From the NCBI GenBank assembly GCA_019186845.1, contig JABARW010000007.1, positions 1,386 to 65,385 of the forward strand: a stretch of 64,000 nt of DNA, in the 5' to 3' direction. Made by a program: the position numbers and the translations under genes. The notes below the pieces were generated by a model. The model did no database searches. It saw nothing but the letters and a program-made list of their open reading frames with translations, and was not told the DNA's origin. Positions 17,863 to 28,281 of this stretch are shown here, in pieces; the first letter of the stretch is position 1, and every line of letters begins with the position of its first letter. The DNA is from Planctomycetota bacterium. Lineage in GTDB: Bacteria; Planctomycetota; UBA8742; UBA2392.

Positions 17863-20568
17863 ATGAGAGCGACTTTCGGTTTGTTGCTGGCTTTGGTGCT
17901 GGCCGCGCCGCTTTGCGCGCGGGAACAGGGAGACTTCACACCCCGCGGAGCGCTGCTGCACGCCCGCCTCTCCAACGCGCAGGCCAATCTCAAGAAGCTG
18001 GGCGGCGACAGTTATCTGGCGCCCTTTGAGCGCATCTGGGCCACGGCGCCCAGCCGCGACGCCGCAGAAATGCAGCCCCTGATTGACGAATTGCGCGCCT
18101 ACATCCCCAGCGCCAACAGCCTGGAGTTCGCATTGGGCGACATCATGGTGCGCGAACCCTACACCCAGACCATCACGGTGGTCGAACTCACCGAAGGGGC
18201 TCCCGAAGAGTTCAGCGAGCCCTTGCGCGAGTGGGTCAAACAGGAGTTCGGGCGCAAAGCCAAGGCCGAGCCCAAGGCCCTGGACATGGAGACCGTGCGC
18301 GTGCGCCGCTTCCCCGGCCTGCTCGTGGTCACCACCGGCGAGGGCATGCTCAAGCACGTGGAGGATGTGCTGGGCGGCAGCACCGAAGAAAGCCTGAGCA
18401 AGGTCAAGCGCTTCAAGGACTGGCGCGAGCGCGCCCGCGGCGACCTGGTGGCCTTTGCCGACATGAAGGCCTGGCGCAACTGCTTTGACCGCCTCGGCCG
18501 CGAAGTGGACCGCGAACTGCTGGACGTGTTGGGCATCCTCGAGTGGTCCAAGTGGGACGTGTTTTCCCTTGAACTGGACATCACGGAAGCCGGCCTGAAC
18601 CTGCGGGCCGACCTCAGCCTAACCGAGGCCCTGGGCCCGGCAGCCGCCCTGCTGCGCAGCGCCGGAGGCTACGCCCTCTTTGACAGCCTGCCCGCCGAAA
18701 CCCTGGGCCTGATTGCCGCGCAGCTGGGCAACGACCACGAGCGCAGCTTCAACGAACTGCTGCGCTTCTTCCATGACGTCGAATTCCGCACTCGCTTTGG
18801 CCGGCTCACGACGGACATTGAGAACTACGAACGCTGGGCCAAGGAAATGGATGAACTGGCGGCCCGCGCTGAGTCGGAAGAAGAAAAGAAATCCTTCCAG
18901 GAGCAGGCAGCCTCCTATCGCGAGGAAGCCGAGCGCATGAAGGCCGAACTGGCTTCGGGCAAGATGCGCGCCTTCGAGCCCAGCCGCGAGGAGCGCGCGC
19001 GCCAGCAGACCAGAGCCAGCGAAGCCGAGCGCTTTCTGGACGAATTCAATGAGTTCTGCACAGGGTGCGGCTTCACCCGCGAGCAGCTCTTCGAGATTCT
19101 GGGTAGCGAGGTGGCACTGGGAATCGTCGGCTTGCCGGATCCAGCGCCGGAAGACGACGACCCGAGCATTTTCAGCGAGATGTGGTTCATGGCGGCCCGC
19201 ACCCGGGGCGACATCAAAGCCATCCGCGATAAGTTTCTCGAGGCCATGAATCGCGAGCGCGGCCAGCGCACGCCCATTGCCGGCAAGGCCGTCGAGGGCG
19301 GCGAGATTATCACTCCCGGAGAGGGCGACTCGACGGTCATCTATCTGGGTGAGGGTATCCTGGGCCTGGCGGCCAATGATGAAGTCGCCAAGCTCATTCT
19401 CCTGGCCCATGCCGGCAAGGGCCGCTTTGCGCTGGGCAAGGTGCCGGGCGGAGTGCCCTCAGGCAGCAAGGTGTTGTACGCCGATATCGGTGAAATGGCG
19501 GCGCGGATGCTGGCCGGCGACCGCGCCAGGAGGGCCCGCTGGGGCTCCCCGCCGCAGTCCATGCAGGACCTGCGCTCCTATTTCAAGGACGGTCTGCGAC
19601 TGGCGGCCTACGACATCGAAAGCCCCACACGCATCCAGCTTCAGGCCAGTACAGGCGGAACGAGCAGCCTGCGCGTGCTGTTTGACCACCTCGCGGAGGA
19701 TTTCGAGTTCGAGCGTGCCTGGCGCCATGACGAACGCGAGCTCTATGCCTTGAGTGAGGCCTGCGATGCATGGTTGTCCGCCAACCGCGAAGGGCTGGCC
19801 AAACTCAAGGAGAGTGAGCGCAAGGACGCCATCAGGGCCATCACGCCTCAGGCGCTGCTGCGGCAGAGCCTGTATCAGCCGGCAGATGGCCTGCGCAGCG
19901 CCCTGGACCCCGCCATGGTTGACAAGTTCAAGGCCATGCTCAAGGCGCGCGGCGACAAGCTGGCTGAAAAGTCCGCCGAGCTTGATGAAAGCGGCTTTGA
20001 GTGGTTTGGCCTGCCTCTGGACGAAGTCGTGATTCGCAGTGATGAAGAGTACGGCTACGGCGACCTCACGGACGCCTGGCTCGTGGCCGCGCACAAGGGT
20101 AGTTGGGCACGCGAGGGGCGCATGTGCCTGCTGCAGTCCGGCTTGAACATGCGCGTGGTGTGGCTCAGCGAGTCCGACTACAACGCCCTGAAGCTTTCCA
20201 ACAGTTCGGGCGGCCGCCTCAAGGCCTTCAAGCAGCGCGTGGAGCTGCCGGCATGGAAGGTCAAGTCCAAGCTGCGCCGCCTGCGTCACAACCTTTACTA
20301 CACCCGCGAAATCTGCGAGCGCAAACTGGCCAAGGACGGAGGCTATGTCGAGTTCACCTTTGCCGGGGCCGAGCACGAAGACGCCTATGAGGCCCTGCGC
20401 AAGGCATTGAAGGTCACGGAAGAAGACGGCTTCTGGATGGATCGCCAAGCCGCGGAGCACATGACCATCACCTCTTCGGCCAAGGGCTACAAAGTGCGCA
20501 TCTCGATTCAGGGCGAGTGGATCGAGATGGACCACGAGGGCAAGATCAGCACCTCGTGGGGCGAATAA
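17863..20568 (+). CDS. large secreted hypothetical protein
   Basis: 901 aa. Signal peptide MRATFGLLLALVLAAPLCARE. There is a central charged coiled-coil-like stretch. No catalytic motif recognised. Confidence 0.65.
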   Translation: MRATFGLLLALVLAAPLCAREQGDFTPRGALLHARLSNAQANLKKLGGDSYLAPFERIWATAPSRDAAEMQPLIDELRAYIPSANSLEFALGDIMVREPYTQTITVVELTEGAPEEFSEPLREWVKQEFGRKAKAEPKALDMETVRVRRFPGLLVVTTGEGMLKHVEDVLGGSTEESLSKVKRFKDWRERARGDLVAFADMKAWRNCFDRLGREVDRELLDVLGILEWSKWDVFSLELDITEAGLNLRADLSLTEALGPAAALLRSAGGYALFDSLPAETLGLIAAQLGNDHERSFNELLRFFHDVEFRTRFGRLTTDIENYERWAKEMDELAARAESEEEKKSFQEQAASYREEAERMKAELASGKMRAFEPSREERARQQTRASEAERFLDEFNEFCTGCGFTREQLFEILGSEVALGIVGLPDPAPEDDDPSIFSEMWFMAARTRGDIKAIRDKFLEAMNRERGQRTPIAGKAVEGGEIITPGEGDSTVIYLGEGILGLAANDEVAKLILLAHAGKGRFALGKVPGGVPSGSKVLYADIGEMAARMLAGDRARRARWGSPPQSMQDLRSYFKDGLRLAAYDIESPTRIQLQASTGGTSSLRVLFDHLAEDFEFERAWRHDERELYALSEACDAWLSANREGLAKLKESERKDAIRAITPQALLRQSLYQPADGLRSALDPAMVDKFKAMLKARGDKLAEKSAELDESGFEWFGLPLDEVVIRSDEEYGYGDLTDAWLVAAHKGSWAREGRMCLLQSGLNMRVVWLSESDYNALKLSNSSGGRLKAFKQRVELPAWKVKSKLRRLRHNLYYTREICERKLAKDGGYVEFTFAGAEHEDAYEALRKALKVTEEDGFWMDRQAAEHMTITSSAKGYKVRISIQGEWIEMDHEGKISTSWGE

Positions 20569-20593
20569 TCTTCGCCTGTGCTTCAGATCCCGC

Positions 20594-20626
20594 GTGCCCC
20601 GCCTCATTGGCGGGGCACTGCTTTGT
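20594..20626 (+). terminator. intrinsic terminator after the 901-aa gene
   Basis: Perfect 10-bp stem gtgccccgcc / ggcggggcac with loop tcatt, followed by tgctttgt. Confidence 0.7.
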
Positions 20627-20675
20627 CTGCCCGCGGCCGCTGCCACAGTCCTGCGTCCGTGGTATCCTCGCCCCC

Positions 20676-21200
20676 ATGAAGAAACTTCTCTGCCTCTTGT
20701 TGCTGCTTCCCTGCGGGTGCGGCAAGGTTCTCGGCTACTACCCCACGGAAGAAGAGCTGGCCGCCATCCAGCGCGGCGAAGACCCGCGCGCCAACGAAAG
20801 CGCCGAGCCCAGGGCCAGGCCCACGGAAGAGCCGCGAGATCGCAGCACGTCTGGCGGCCTGGAAAGCGACAGCGGCAGAAACCCCGCCTCTCCCGATGCG
20901 CCCCGGCAGCCGGCTGAAGAAGCGCAGGCAGGCCCCGCCTCGGCCAGCGTGCTGCGCTGGGTGGATTGCAGCCTCGTGATTGTGGAGGCGGAGGGGCGGC
21001 GCGAGCGCCTGCGCCTGGCAGGTGTCAGCGTGCCGCGCGATTTTGTCGAGGCCCAGGAAGCGCTGGAACAGGCGCGACAGGACTATCCTTCGGGCACGAG
21101 GCTTAGCCTGAGCTATCCGCAGAAAAACAGTGACGGCAAGTCAGTGGTATTCCGCAACGCCGAGGGTGAACTCCTCGCCACCATCGCCCGGGCGCCGTAA
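20676..21200 (+). CDS. hypothetical lipoprotein
   Basis: The start at ATG 20676 gives MKKLLCLLLLLPCGCGK (lipobox). A disordered acidic/Pro-rich linker follows. The C-terminal VLRWVDCSLVIVEAEGRRERLRLAGVSVPRDF loosely resembles an SNase-like OB fold without the usual catalytic residues (weak). Confidence 0.55.
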   Translation: MKKLLCLLLLLPCGCGKVLGYYPTEEELAAIQRGEDPRANESAEPRARPTEEPRDRSTSGGLESDSGRNPASPDAPRQPAEEAQAGPASASVLRWVDCSLVIVEAEGRRERLRLAGVSVPRDFVEAQEALEQARQDYPSGTRLSLSYPQKNSDGKSVVFRNAEGELLATIARAP

Positions 21201-21212
21201 AGCGCCTGGGGG

Positions 21213-22367
21213 TTACCCCGGCACGGGAATTCGCCCGGGGTCGGCCGCCATGCGTTCCTCGCGCAGCTTCTCGTCCAGCCCCTTGGGCTCTTCGCGCAAC
21301 TGGTAGTAGAAGTTGCGGCGCCGGGGCGTGAAGCCCGCGTCGCGCACGAGATCGCGGATGGTCAGTTCCGTCATGCGGAAGGCCGCACCGGCCAGGCGCA
21401 CGACGTTTTCCTCGATCATGAGCGAGCCCATGTCGTTGCAGCCATAGCGCAGGCTGACCTGCCCCACCTGCCCGCCCTGCGTCACCCAGCTGGCCTGGCA
21501 GTTGTCAAAGTTGTCCAGAAAGATGCGGGCGACGGCCTGCGTGCGCAGATACTCGCGCCCCCCCGCCACGGGGATATGGGCCATGCGGTTGTCGCGGTTC
21601 TGGAACGTCCAGCATATGAAGGCGGTGAATCCCCCCGTCTCGTCCTGAAGGTCACGCAGGCGCTGCAGGTGTTCAATGCGTTCTGCCAGCGTCTCGACAT
21701 GGCCGAACATCATCGTCGCGGAGCTGCGGATGCCGAGCTTGTGGGCCTGCCGCATGGGCTCAAGCCAGGCATCGGCGCCTCCCTTCTTGGGGCAGATAAT
21801 CTCGCGCACGCGGTCTGACAGCACTTCGGCGCCGCCGCCGGGAATGCTGTCGAGGCCCGCGGCCTTGAGCTCCTTGAGCACGTCGCCAAGCGACATGCGC
21901 CAGAAGAGGGCGAAGTGCTGGATCTCGCTTGGCGAAAACCCGTGATTGTGCAGCCCCATGCCTTTGAAAAGCCCCAGCATGTCCTGGTAGTACCTCAGGG
22001 GCAACTTGGGGTTGTGGCCGCCCTGCAGCAGGATTTCCGTACCGCCGAGGTCCAGCGTTTCCTGCGCCTTGGAGCGCAGACTTGACAGGTCAAGCGTATA
22101 GGCCTCGCCGTCCAGCGGGTGGCGGTAGAATGAGCAGAAGTCGCAATCCGTGATGCACACGTTTGTGTAATTCACGTTGCGGGAGATCACGTAGGTCACC
22201 CGGTCATCGGGGTGCTTGCGCATGCGCACGTGATGGGCCAGCAGGCCCAGCTCGTGGTCTCCGGCGTTCTCCAGCAGCCACAGGCCCTCCGACGCGCTGA
22301 TGCGGCGCCCGTTGAGCACTTTGTCGGCAATGGCGTTGAACGGTGCGTGGTTGCTTGTCGCGATCAT
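21213..22367 (-). CDS. radical SAM enzyme of the MqnC/MqnE family (futalosine menaquinone pathway), MqnC-like
   Basis: 384 aa. VTYVISRNVNYTNVCITDCDFCSFYR carries the CxxxCxxC radical SAM cluster in the CofH/MqnC/MqnE context. It sits directly downstream of mqnA. Confidence 0.75.
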   Translation of the reverse strand: MIATSNHAPFNAIADKVLNGRRISASEGLWLLENAGDHELGLLAHHVRMRKHPDDRVTYVISRNVNYTNVCITDCDFCSFYRHPLDGEAYTLDLSSLRSKAQETLDLGGTEILLQGGHNPKLPLRYYQDMLGLFKGMGLHNHGFSPSEIQHFALFWRMSLGDVLKELKAAGLDSIPGGGAEVLSDRVREIICPKKGGADAWLEPMRQAHKLGIRSSATMMFGHVETLAERIEHLQRLRDLQDETGGFTAFICWTFQNRDNRMAHIPVAGGREYLRTQAVARIFLDNFDNCQASWVTQGGQVGQVSLRYGCNDMGSLMIEENVVRLAGAAFRMTELTIRDLVRDAGFTPRRRNFYYQLREEPKGLDEKLREERMAADPGRIPVPG

Positions 22368-22412
22368 GGAATATCCCGGCCTGAACAGCCCCCCAGCCTC
22401 TGCAGTGCCCGT

Positions 22413-23216
22413 TTATGCCGCGCCCAGCTTCAAGATAGCCGACTTCGGCAGTATCTCAAGATCGGCGGCGCGGCGCGCGAACTCCGTCAGCCCCTCGACG
22501 CAGCGCCCGTCCAGGCGGTGGCGGATGGTGCGTGTCAGGTAGTTCGTAAGGAAGTCTTCGCTTTGACGCGTGGACTCGCGGGCGGCACGCACCAGCCTTG
22601 GCACCTCCAGCAGGCCCAGGTTCAACGCGTCATGGAGCTTGCGTCGCACGGCAGCACTGAGTACGCCGGGCCTTGCCGTCCACAGGGCAAACACGAAGGG
22701 CAGGCCCGTCCACTCAAACCATGCCTGGCTGAGGTCCAGGTAGCGCCAATCCGGCCACAGCGCGCGCGCCCGCAGGCAGTCATCGCCGATCAGCATCAGC
22801 GCGCTCTCGCTGTAGTTGGCAAAAAGCTCAGGCCGAACCTCCGCCAGGTTGATCTCGGGCTGGACGTCCAGCACATTGAGGATGATGCGGGCCAAAGCCA
22901 CGCTGGTGCGCGAGCGCTGATCCATGCGCAGACTGTTGGCCTCGACGGTGTCGCCGCTGGAAAGCCGCGTGAAAATGCCCACGCTGTCCACGGGCCCTTC
23001 CGCCGAAACGCCAAGTTCCAGCACCAGCTCGGTGTCCGGCAGGCGCAGGGCCTCCACCGCGGGCAGCACACCGAGGTCGAGGCGCCCCTGCTCCATGAGG
23101 TCGGAAAGTCGGGCCGGAGTGTCCGGAATCAATTCGATATCCGGGTCACGCTCCAGCGCCACCCACAGGGGTTGGGCGTTGAGAAAGGAAACCACACCAA
23201 CACGAAGCCTGGCCAT
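22413..23216 (-). CDS. mqnA: chorismate dehydratase (menaquinone via futalosine, MqnA)
   Basis: MARLRVGVVSFLNAQPLWVALERDPDIELIPDTPARLSDLMEQGRLDLGVLPAVEAL is typical of MqnA periplasmic-binding-fold proteins. Start taken at ATG 23216. The ORF extends to 23411. Confidence 0.8.
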   Translation of the reverse strand: MARLRVGVVSFLNAQPLWVALERDPDIELIPDTPARLSDLMEQGRLDLGVLPAVEALRLPDTELVLELGVSAEGPVDSVGIFTRLSSGDTVEANSLRMDQRSRTSVALARIILNVLDVQPEINLAEVRPELFANYSESALMLIGDDCLRARALWPDWRYLDLSQAWFEWTGLPFVFALWTARPGVLSAAVRRKLHDALNLGLLEVPRLVRAARESTRQSEDFLTNYLTRTIRHRLDGRCVEGLTEFARRAADLEILPKSAILKLGAA

Positions 23217-23268
23217 GGGCGCAAGAGCGTAGCCTTGGTCGCGAAAAACGACAGGGCGTGGCGCCCCC

Positions 23269-25158
23269 TCATGGGCGGCCACCGTCCAGCGCGGCTCGGA
23301 CCTTGCGCGCCAGTTCGCCCAGCGAGAACGGCTTTTGCAGGAAGAGGCCGCCAGCGCCCCCCTGAAACACGCCGTTCTCCGTATAGCCTGACATGTACAG
23401 CACGCGGACATCGGGGCGGGCCTGCCGAAGGTTCTCCGCCAGCTCGCGGCCGCCCATGCGCGGCATCACCATGTCCGTGAGCACCAGGTCAAAGCGGTTC
23501 TCCTCCGCCATGGCCAGGGCCAGAGCCTCCAGCCCGTCCCTGGCGGCCAGCACGTCATAGCCAAGTTTGCGCAGCTGCAGCACCGCGATCTCGCGCACCG
23601 TGGGTTCGTCCTCCACCAGCAGGACTCGCTCGTGCCCCGTGGGCAGGGACTCGAGCCCGGCGGCCGGTCCCTGGAGCGGGGTTTGGGCGCAGCGCGGCAG
23701 GTAAACCTTGAAGGCCGCCCCATGGCCGGGCTCGCTGTAGACGGCAATGTGGCCGGCATTCTGCTTCACGATGCCAAAGCAGGTGGCAAGCCCCAGCCCC
23801 GTTCCCTTGCCGACTTCTTTGGTGGTGAAGAAGGGCTCAAAGAACTTCTCTTGAAGTTCCCGGGCGATGCCCACGCCCGTGTCGGTAACCGTGACCACCA
23901 CGTATTCGCCGGGCTTGACGTCGCGCCGTGTCCGGACATAGGCCTCATCCAGCACGCAGTTGGCAGTTTCGATGGTCAGGCGTCCGCCCGAAGGCATGGC
24001 ATCGCGCGCGTTGACCACCAGGTTCATGAGAATCTGCTCGAACTGGTTGGGGTCCATGCTCACGCGCCAGAGGTCTTTGGCCAGCACAAACGAAGTGTCA
24101 ATCTCCTCGCCCAGGCGCAACATCTGCTCCATGCCGCGGATGACATCATTGAGCGAAAGCACCCGTGGCTGCGTCATCTGCTTGCGGGCAAAGCCGAGCA
24201 TCTGGCGCGTCAACTCCGCGGCGCGCCGGGAGGCTTTGCGCACCACCTCCAGTTCTTCGTGCTCGCGCGAGGTTTCAGGCAGGCGCCCCAGCACCATTTC
24301 GGTGTAGCCCATGATGGTGGTCAGCAGGTTGTTGAAGTCATGGGCGATGCCACCGGCGAGACGCCCGATGCTCTCCATCTTCTGTGCCTGCAGAAGCTGC
24401 TCTTGAAGCCTGCGGCTCTCCGTAATGTCTCGCAGCGAGCCGATCACGCGCCAGGGCATGCCCTGCGCATCGCAGATGGCCTGGCCCCGCGCTTCCAGCC
24501 AGACCCAGGAGCCGTCGCAACGCTCCACGCGAAACGTATCGGCGTAAGGCAGACCCTTGTCAAAATGCTCGCGCTGGGCCGCCATGTAACGGTCACGGTC
24601 TTCCGGGTGGATGCGGCGCTGCACCTCGGAAAAGCTCGGTTCCTCGCCCCCCTCGGGCCATGCCAGCAGCTCGCGTAGGGGCCCGGCATAGCGGGCCCGG
24701 CCGCCGGGGACATCCCACTCCCAGATGACGTCGCGGGTGGATTCCAGCACCAGGCGGTAACGCTCTTCCTCCAGGCGCGCGCTCTGGCCCTGCGGGCCGG
24801 CCGCGGCCGCCTCGATGGCCTGCTTGTAGGCGGTGATGTCGTCCGCCAGGGCGATGAGTCCCCAGGGAGCCGCATGAACGTGAGCCAGCATGCAGCGTTT
24901 GCCCAACCAGCCCTCCACCCGGGCCGGATGGCCGGTCTTGAGGACTTCACGGTAAGCCGCCAGAGACTTGGTTTGCGCGAACACGGGAAACAGGCTGAGC
25001 AGATTCTGGCCGGCGAGTTCTTGCACCTTCATGCCCACGAAGCGGGCGTAGGCCTCATTGCAGAACTCGACAGTCATGTCCGGCCGCAGGGCCAGCACCA
25101 TCCATGGCTTGCAGGCCATGAGCGCGGCAAAGCGCTGCTGCGCCAGGGAAGGATCCAT
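23269..25158 (-). CDS. hybrid sensor histidine kinase / response regulator with PAS domains
   Basis: HisKA H-box [17 protein letters not shown]. HATPase N/G boxes [12 protein letters not shown] and [14 protein letters not shown]-terminal receiver [13 protein letters not shown]...[14 protein letters not shown]. The start is uncertain. The ORF runs to 25356, but that stretch overlaps the divergent gene. Confidence 0.85.
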   Translation of the reverse strand: MDPSLAQQRFAALMACKPWMVLALRPDMTVEFCNEAYARFVGMKVQELAGQNLLSLFPVFAQTKSLAAYREVLKTGHPARVEGWLGKRCMLAHVHAAPWGLIALADDITAYKQAIEAAAAGPQGQSARLEEERYRLVLESTRDVIWEWDVPGGRARYAGPLRELLAWPEGGEEPSFSEVQRRIHPEDRDRYMAAQREHFDKGLPYADTFRVERCDGSWVWLEARGQAICDAQGMPWRVIGSLRDITESRRLQEQLLQAQKMESIGRLAGGIAHDFNNLLTTIMGYTEMVLGRLPETSREHEELEVVRKASRRAAELTRQMLGFARKQMTQPRVLSLNDVIRGMEQMLRLGEEIDTSFVLAKDLWRVSMDPNQFEQILMNLVVNARDAMPSGGRLTIETANCVLDEAYVRTRRDVKPGEYVVVTVTDTGVGIARELQEKFFEPFFTTKEVGKGTGLGLATCFGIVKQNAGHIAVYSEPGHGAAFKVYLPRCAQTPLQGPAAGLESLPTGHERVLLVEDEPTVREIAVLQLRKLGYDVLAARDGLEALALAMAEENRFDLVLTDMVMPRMGGRELAENLRQARPDVRVLYMSGYTENGVFQGGAGGLFLQKPFSLGELARKVRAALDGGRP

Positions 25159-25316
25159 GTCCAGGCCGGCCGCAGGGTCTACGGGTTTGGGCGTATCGTT
25201 CAACGAAGAGGCCCCCGAAAACCAATCATAACTCGCAGCAAGCTCCAATGCCTTGCAGGATCCGAATGACACGTGTAGAGGAGGGTCACACGACTGACGG
25301 AATCCCGGGTGCCAGA

Positions 25317-26105
25317 ATGCAGATTTTCGGACTCTTGGGGGCACTCCTGGGCGCATTGCTGGGGGCCCTCATTTGGGGCCTGGGATTTGGCGGGCCAGGC
25401 GCGATGGAGGGTTCCTGGGTGGCGCTGCTGGTCGGCGCCCTCTCCGGCGGAGGCTGCGCGCTTTTGGGTGGGCGCGGCATGAAGATGGCCCTGCTGGCCG
25501 GGGGCCTGGCGGTGGTCGCCATGCTTGGCGGGCGCGTGCTGGGCGCATGGATTTTGCTGAATCGGGAATGGGGATGGAAGGACCGTCAAACCATCGCGGC
25601 CAGCGCCCTGCGGCACCACCCCTTCGTAGACGTCACCTACGACCGCATGCTGCGCCAGATCGGTGAGTTCAAAGAGACTCCGCCGGACCAGTTGGAGTCC
25701 TTTATTGTGCGTTGGGGCTACGAACTGGGAGAAAGGGACCATCAGGTTTCTTCCGTTGAACTTGAGCACTTCAACGGCGATGTGGCGCCCTACCTGAAGG
25801 CCTGGGCGAGCCAACCTCCCAGGCAGAGTGACGCGCGTGAGGCCTACTACGACATCTACGCCCGCGGCTATGAACGGCACTTCAAGGCCACGACCCCGCT
25901 CTGGCAGATCGCCCGCCCGCCCCTGGATTTCGTGGACCTGCTGTTTGCCCTGAGCGGCCTCGTGGTGGCAGTGGCCATCGTCGAGACCGTCACGGAGAAG
26001 GCCCGCATGGCGCGCGAGGCTGCCGAGCGTGCGGCCCGGCAGAAGGCCGAGCGAAAGCCGCTGCCTAAGGGCAAACCCGCACCTACGAAACAGGGCGAGG
26101 CCTGA
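25317..26105 (+). CDS. hypothetical membrane protein
   Basis: Gly/Leu-rich TM helices at the N-terminus (MQIFGLLGALLGALLGALIWGLGFGG...), a later TM helix, and a basic C-terminal tail. Confidence 0.6.
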   Translation: MQIFGLLGALLGALLGALIWGLGFGGPGAMEGSWVALLVGALSGGGCALLGGRGMKMALLAGGLAVVAMLGGRVLGAWILLNREWGWKDRQTIAASALRHHPFVDVTYDRMLRQIGEFKETPPDQLESFIVRWGYELGERDHQVSSVELEHFNGDVAPYLKAWASQPPRQSDAREAYYDIYARGYERHFKATTPLWQIARPPLDFVDLLFALSGLVVAVAIVETVTEKARMAREAAERAARQKAERKPLPKGKPAPTKQGEA

Positions 26106-26139
26106 GCCTCGCCCCGCGTGAAACGCCCCAGCGTGCGGC

Positions 26140-26970
26140 CTACTCGCCGACCTTGATGCGGGCGTAGGCCTTGACCGTCAGCTTGGCGCCGATGGTCTTG
26201 CCGATGTTCTCCACGTGCTGGCTTACGCTCAGCTTGGGTTCCTTCACGAAGGGCTGCTCGATGAAGCACTTTTCCTTGAGCAGGGCGTTGACCTTGCCCT
26301 CGGCGATCTTGTCGAGCACACCTTCGGCCTTGCCTTCGGCCTTGGCTGCCTCGCGAGCGATTTCCTTTTCCTTGGCCAGGTAGTCCGCCGGCACACCTGA
26401 GCGGTCCAGGGCAATGGGCGCGCTGGCCGCGGCGTGCATGGCCAGGTCCTTGGCCAGAGCCTTGGCCGTGTCGCTCTTGCCCCCGTCGCCCTCGACCTGT
26501 ACCAGCACACCCAGCTTGAAGTCGCTGTGCAGGTAGGTGCCAAAGAAACCCGCGCCGCCCAGCGTCAGCCGCGCGCTCTTACCGAACTTCATGTTTTCGC
26601 CGGTCTTGGCCACCATGGCGGTCAGTTTGTCCTGGCGCGCAGCCAGGTCGCCGCCCTTGTCAGCGAAGTCCTGCGCGATGGCATCGACCATGGCCACGAA
26701 CTGGTCGTTACGAGCCGTGAAGTCCGTCTCCGACTGGACCTCGACCAGCGCGGCATGCTTGCCGTCCTTGCTCACCGCCACGCCGATGCGCCCCTGGGCG
26801 GGGCTGCGGCCGGCCGGCTTGCCGCCCTTGGGCGCGCCCTGCTTGCGGAGCAGCTCAATGGCGGCTTCCTGGTTTCCGTTGGTTTCCGTCAACGCGCGCT
26901 TGGCGTCCATCATGCCGCAGTCCGTTGCGTCGCGAAGCGCCTTGATCATCGCTGCCGTAATCTCTGCCAT
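26140..26970 (-). CDS. tsf: translation elongation factor Ts
   Basis: MAEITAAMIKALRDATDCGMMDAKRALTETNGNQEAAIELLRKQG is the EF-Ts UBA-like N-terminus. The gene is downstream of rpsB, as in most bacteria. Confidence 0.95.
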   Translation of the reverse strand: MAEITAAMIKALRDATDCGMMDAKRALTETNGNQEAAIELLRKQGAPKGGKPAGRSPAQGRIGVAVSKDGKHAALVEVQSETDFTARNDQFVAMVDAIAQDFADKGGDLAARQDKLTAMVAKTGENMKFGKSARLTLGGAGFFGTYLHSDFKLGVLVQVEGDGGKSDTAKALAKDLAMHAAASAPIALDRSGVPADYLAKEKEIAREAAKAEGKAEGVLDKIAEGKVNALLKEKCFIEQPFVKEPKLSVSQHVENIGKTIGAKLTVKAYARIKVGE

Positions 26971-27083
26971 GGGTCATTCCTCGTTGGTCGGTAATGCGCC
27001 GATCACAAATCGCGAAATCAGAAGCCGGAGATCAGAAGCAAAGCCGGTTCTGACCCCCGCTTCTGACTTCTGAGTTCACAGGA

Positions 27084-28124
27084 CTATTCCTTGGACTCGG
27101 CCTTCTCGCCACCTTCCGCCGGAGTGTCCTTCTTCTGGGCGCGGGGCTTGGTGCGAACCGTGGGGGCCGGAGCCGGTGCTGACTGCGCCTCGGCGACTTC
27201 CACGGCCTCCTTGGCCGCGGCCTCCGCCTCGGGGCTGGCCTCATCAGCGCGACCGCGCCGGCGCGTGCCGCCGCCACCGCCGCGACGGTCGCCGCGGGGG
27301 CCGCCGCGTCCGCGGTCGTCCTTGGGCTTGGGCGCCGCATCGTCATAACCGACGATGCCCAGGCCCTTCTTCAATTCGAGGCCCTTGCCCTGCTCGGCCA
27401 GCTTCTTGCCTTCGATGCAGGAATCGGCCAGGGCATGGAGCACAATCTGGATGCCGCGCACGGAATCGTCGTTGCCGGGAATGACGATGTCGACGTGCTC
27501 GGGGTTGCTGTCCGTGTCCACCACGGCAATCACCGGCACGCCCAGCTTCCGGGCCTCGAGAATGGCCGTGCGTTCCATGTTGGCGTCAACGATGATCAGG
27601 GCGCTGGGCAGGTTGTCGAGGCGGCGCAGACCCTCCAGGTTGCTGAGGATCTTGCGGCGCTCGCGGTTGACGACGGCCTGCATCTTCTTGGGCATCTTGG
27701 CGAGCTGACCGCTGGTTTCGAGGGCCTCCAGCTTGTCAAGGCGCGCCAGACGCTTGCGGATCGTGGGGAAGTTGGTCAGGGTGCCGCCCAGCCAGCGCTC
27801 ACTCACAAAGGCCTGCTCGCAGCGCTCAGCTTCGGCGCGGACAATGTCCTTGGCCTGCTTCTTGGTGCCGACGAACACGACCTTCACGCCGGTGCTCACC
27901 AGGTTGCGCAGGAAGTGCTTGGCGGCAATCAGGCCGCGCAGCGTTTCCTTCAGATTAATGATGTGGATGCCGTTCTTCTTGTCGCGGATGTACCCCTTCA
28001 TGCGGGGGTCCCAGCGGCTGGTTCGGTGCCCGAAGTGGAAGCCGGCTTCAAGAAGGGACTCGGGAGAAAGCTTGGGAATGTCCGCCTGGCCGCTGGGGGC
28101 CGGCTGCGCCTGCGCTGTTGCCAT
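27084..28124 (-). CDS. rpsB: 30S ribosomal protein S2 with long Arg/Gly- and Ala/Glu-rich C-terminal extension
   Basis: GFHFGHRTSRWDPRMKGYI and VDTDSNPEHVDIVIPGNDDSVRGI are S2 signatures. The product is 346 aa, against roughly 250 aa for a typical S2. Confidence 0.95.
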   Translation of the reverse strand: MATAQAQPAPSGQADIPKLSPESLLEAGFHFGHRTSRWDPRMKGYIRDKKNGIHIINLKETLRGLIAAKHFLRNLVSTGVKVVFVGTKKQAKDIVRAEAERCEQAFVSERWLGGTLTNFPTIRKRLARLDKLEALETSGQLAKMPKKMQAVVNRERRKILSNLEGLRRLDNLPSALIIVDANMERTAILEARKLGVPVIAVVDTDSNPEHVDIVIPGNDDSVRGIQIVLHALADSCIEGKKLAEQGKGLELKKGLGIVGYDDAAPKPKDDRGRGGPRGDRRGGGGGTRRRGRADEASPEAEAAAKEAVEVAEAQSAPAPAPTVRTKPRAQKKDTPAEGGEKAESKE

Positions 28125-28253
28125 GTGATCTCGCCTGTTCCAGTCCGGGCTTTGGGGCGCCGTTGGTGCTGACCACGGTGCCGGCCCTGCTGGAGTCTGA
28201 ATTCATGCCGTCACCAGGCCCTGTGCCCGGCGCGTCCGGCAATGAGGGCGAGA

Positions 28254-28281
28254 AGTGTAGGGAGCAGTGGCGGATTGTCAA
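28254..28281 (-). promoter_or_regulatory. putative sigma70-type promoter for rpsB-tsf
   Basis: The minus strand reads TTGACA-N16-TACACT. It would give a ~120-nt 5' UTR before the rpsB ATG at 28124. Confidence 0.45.
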
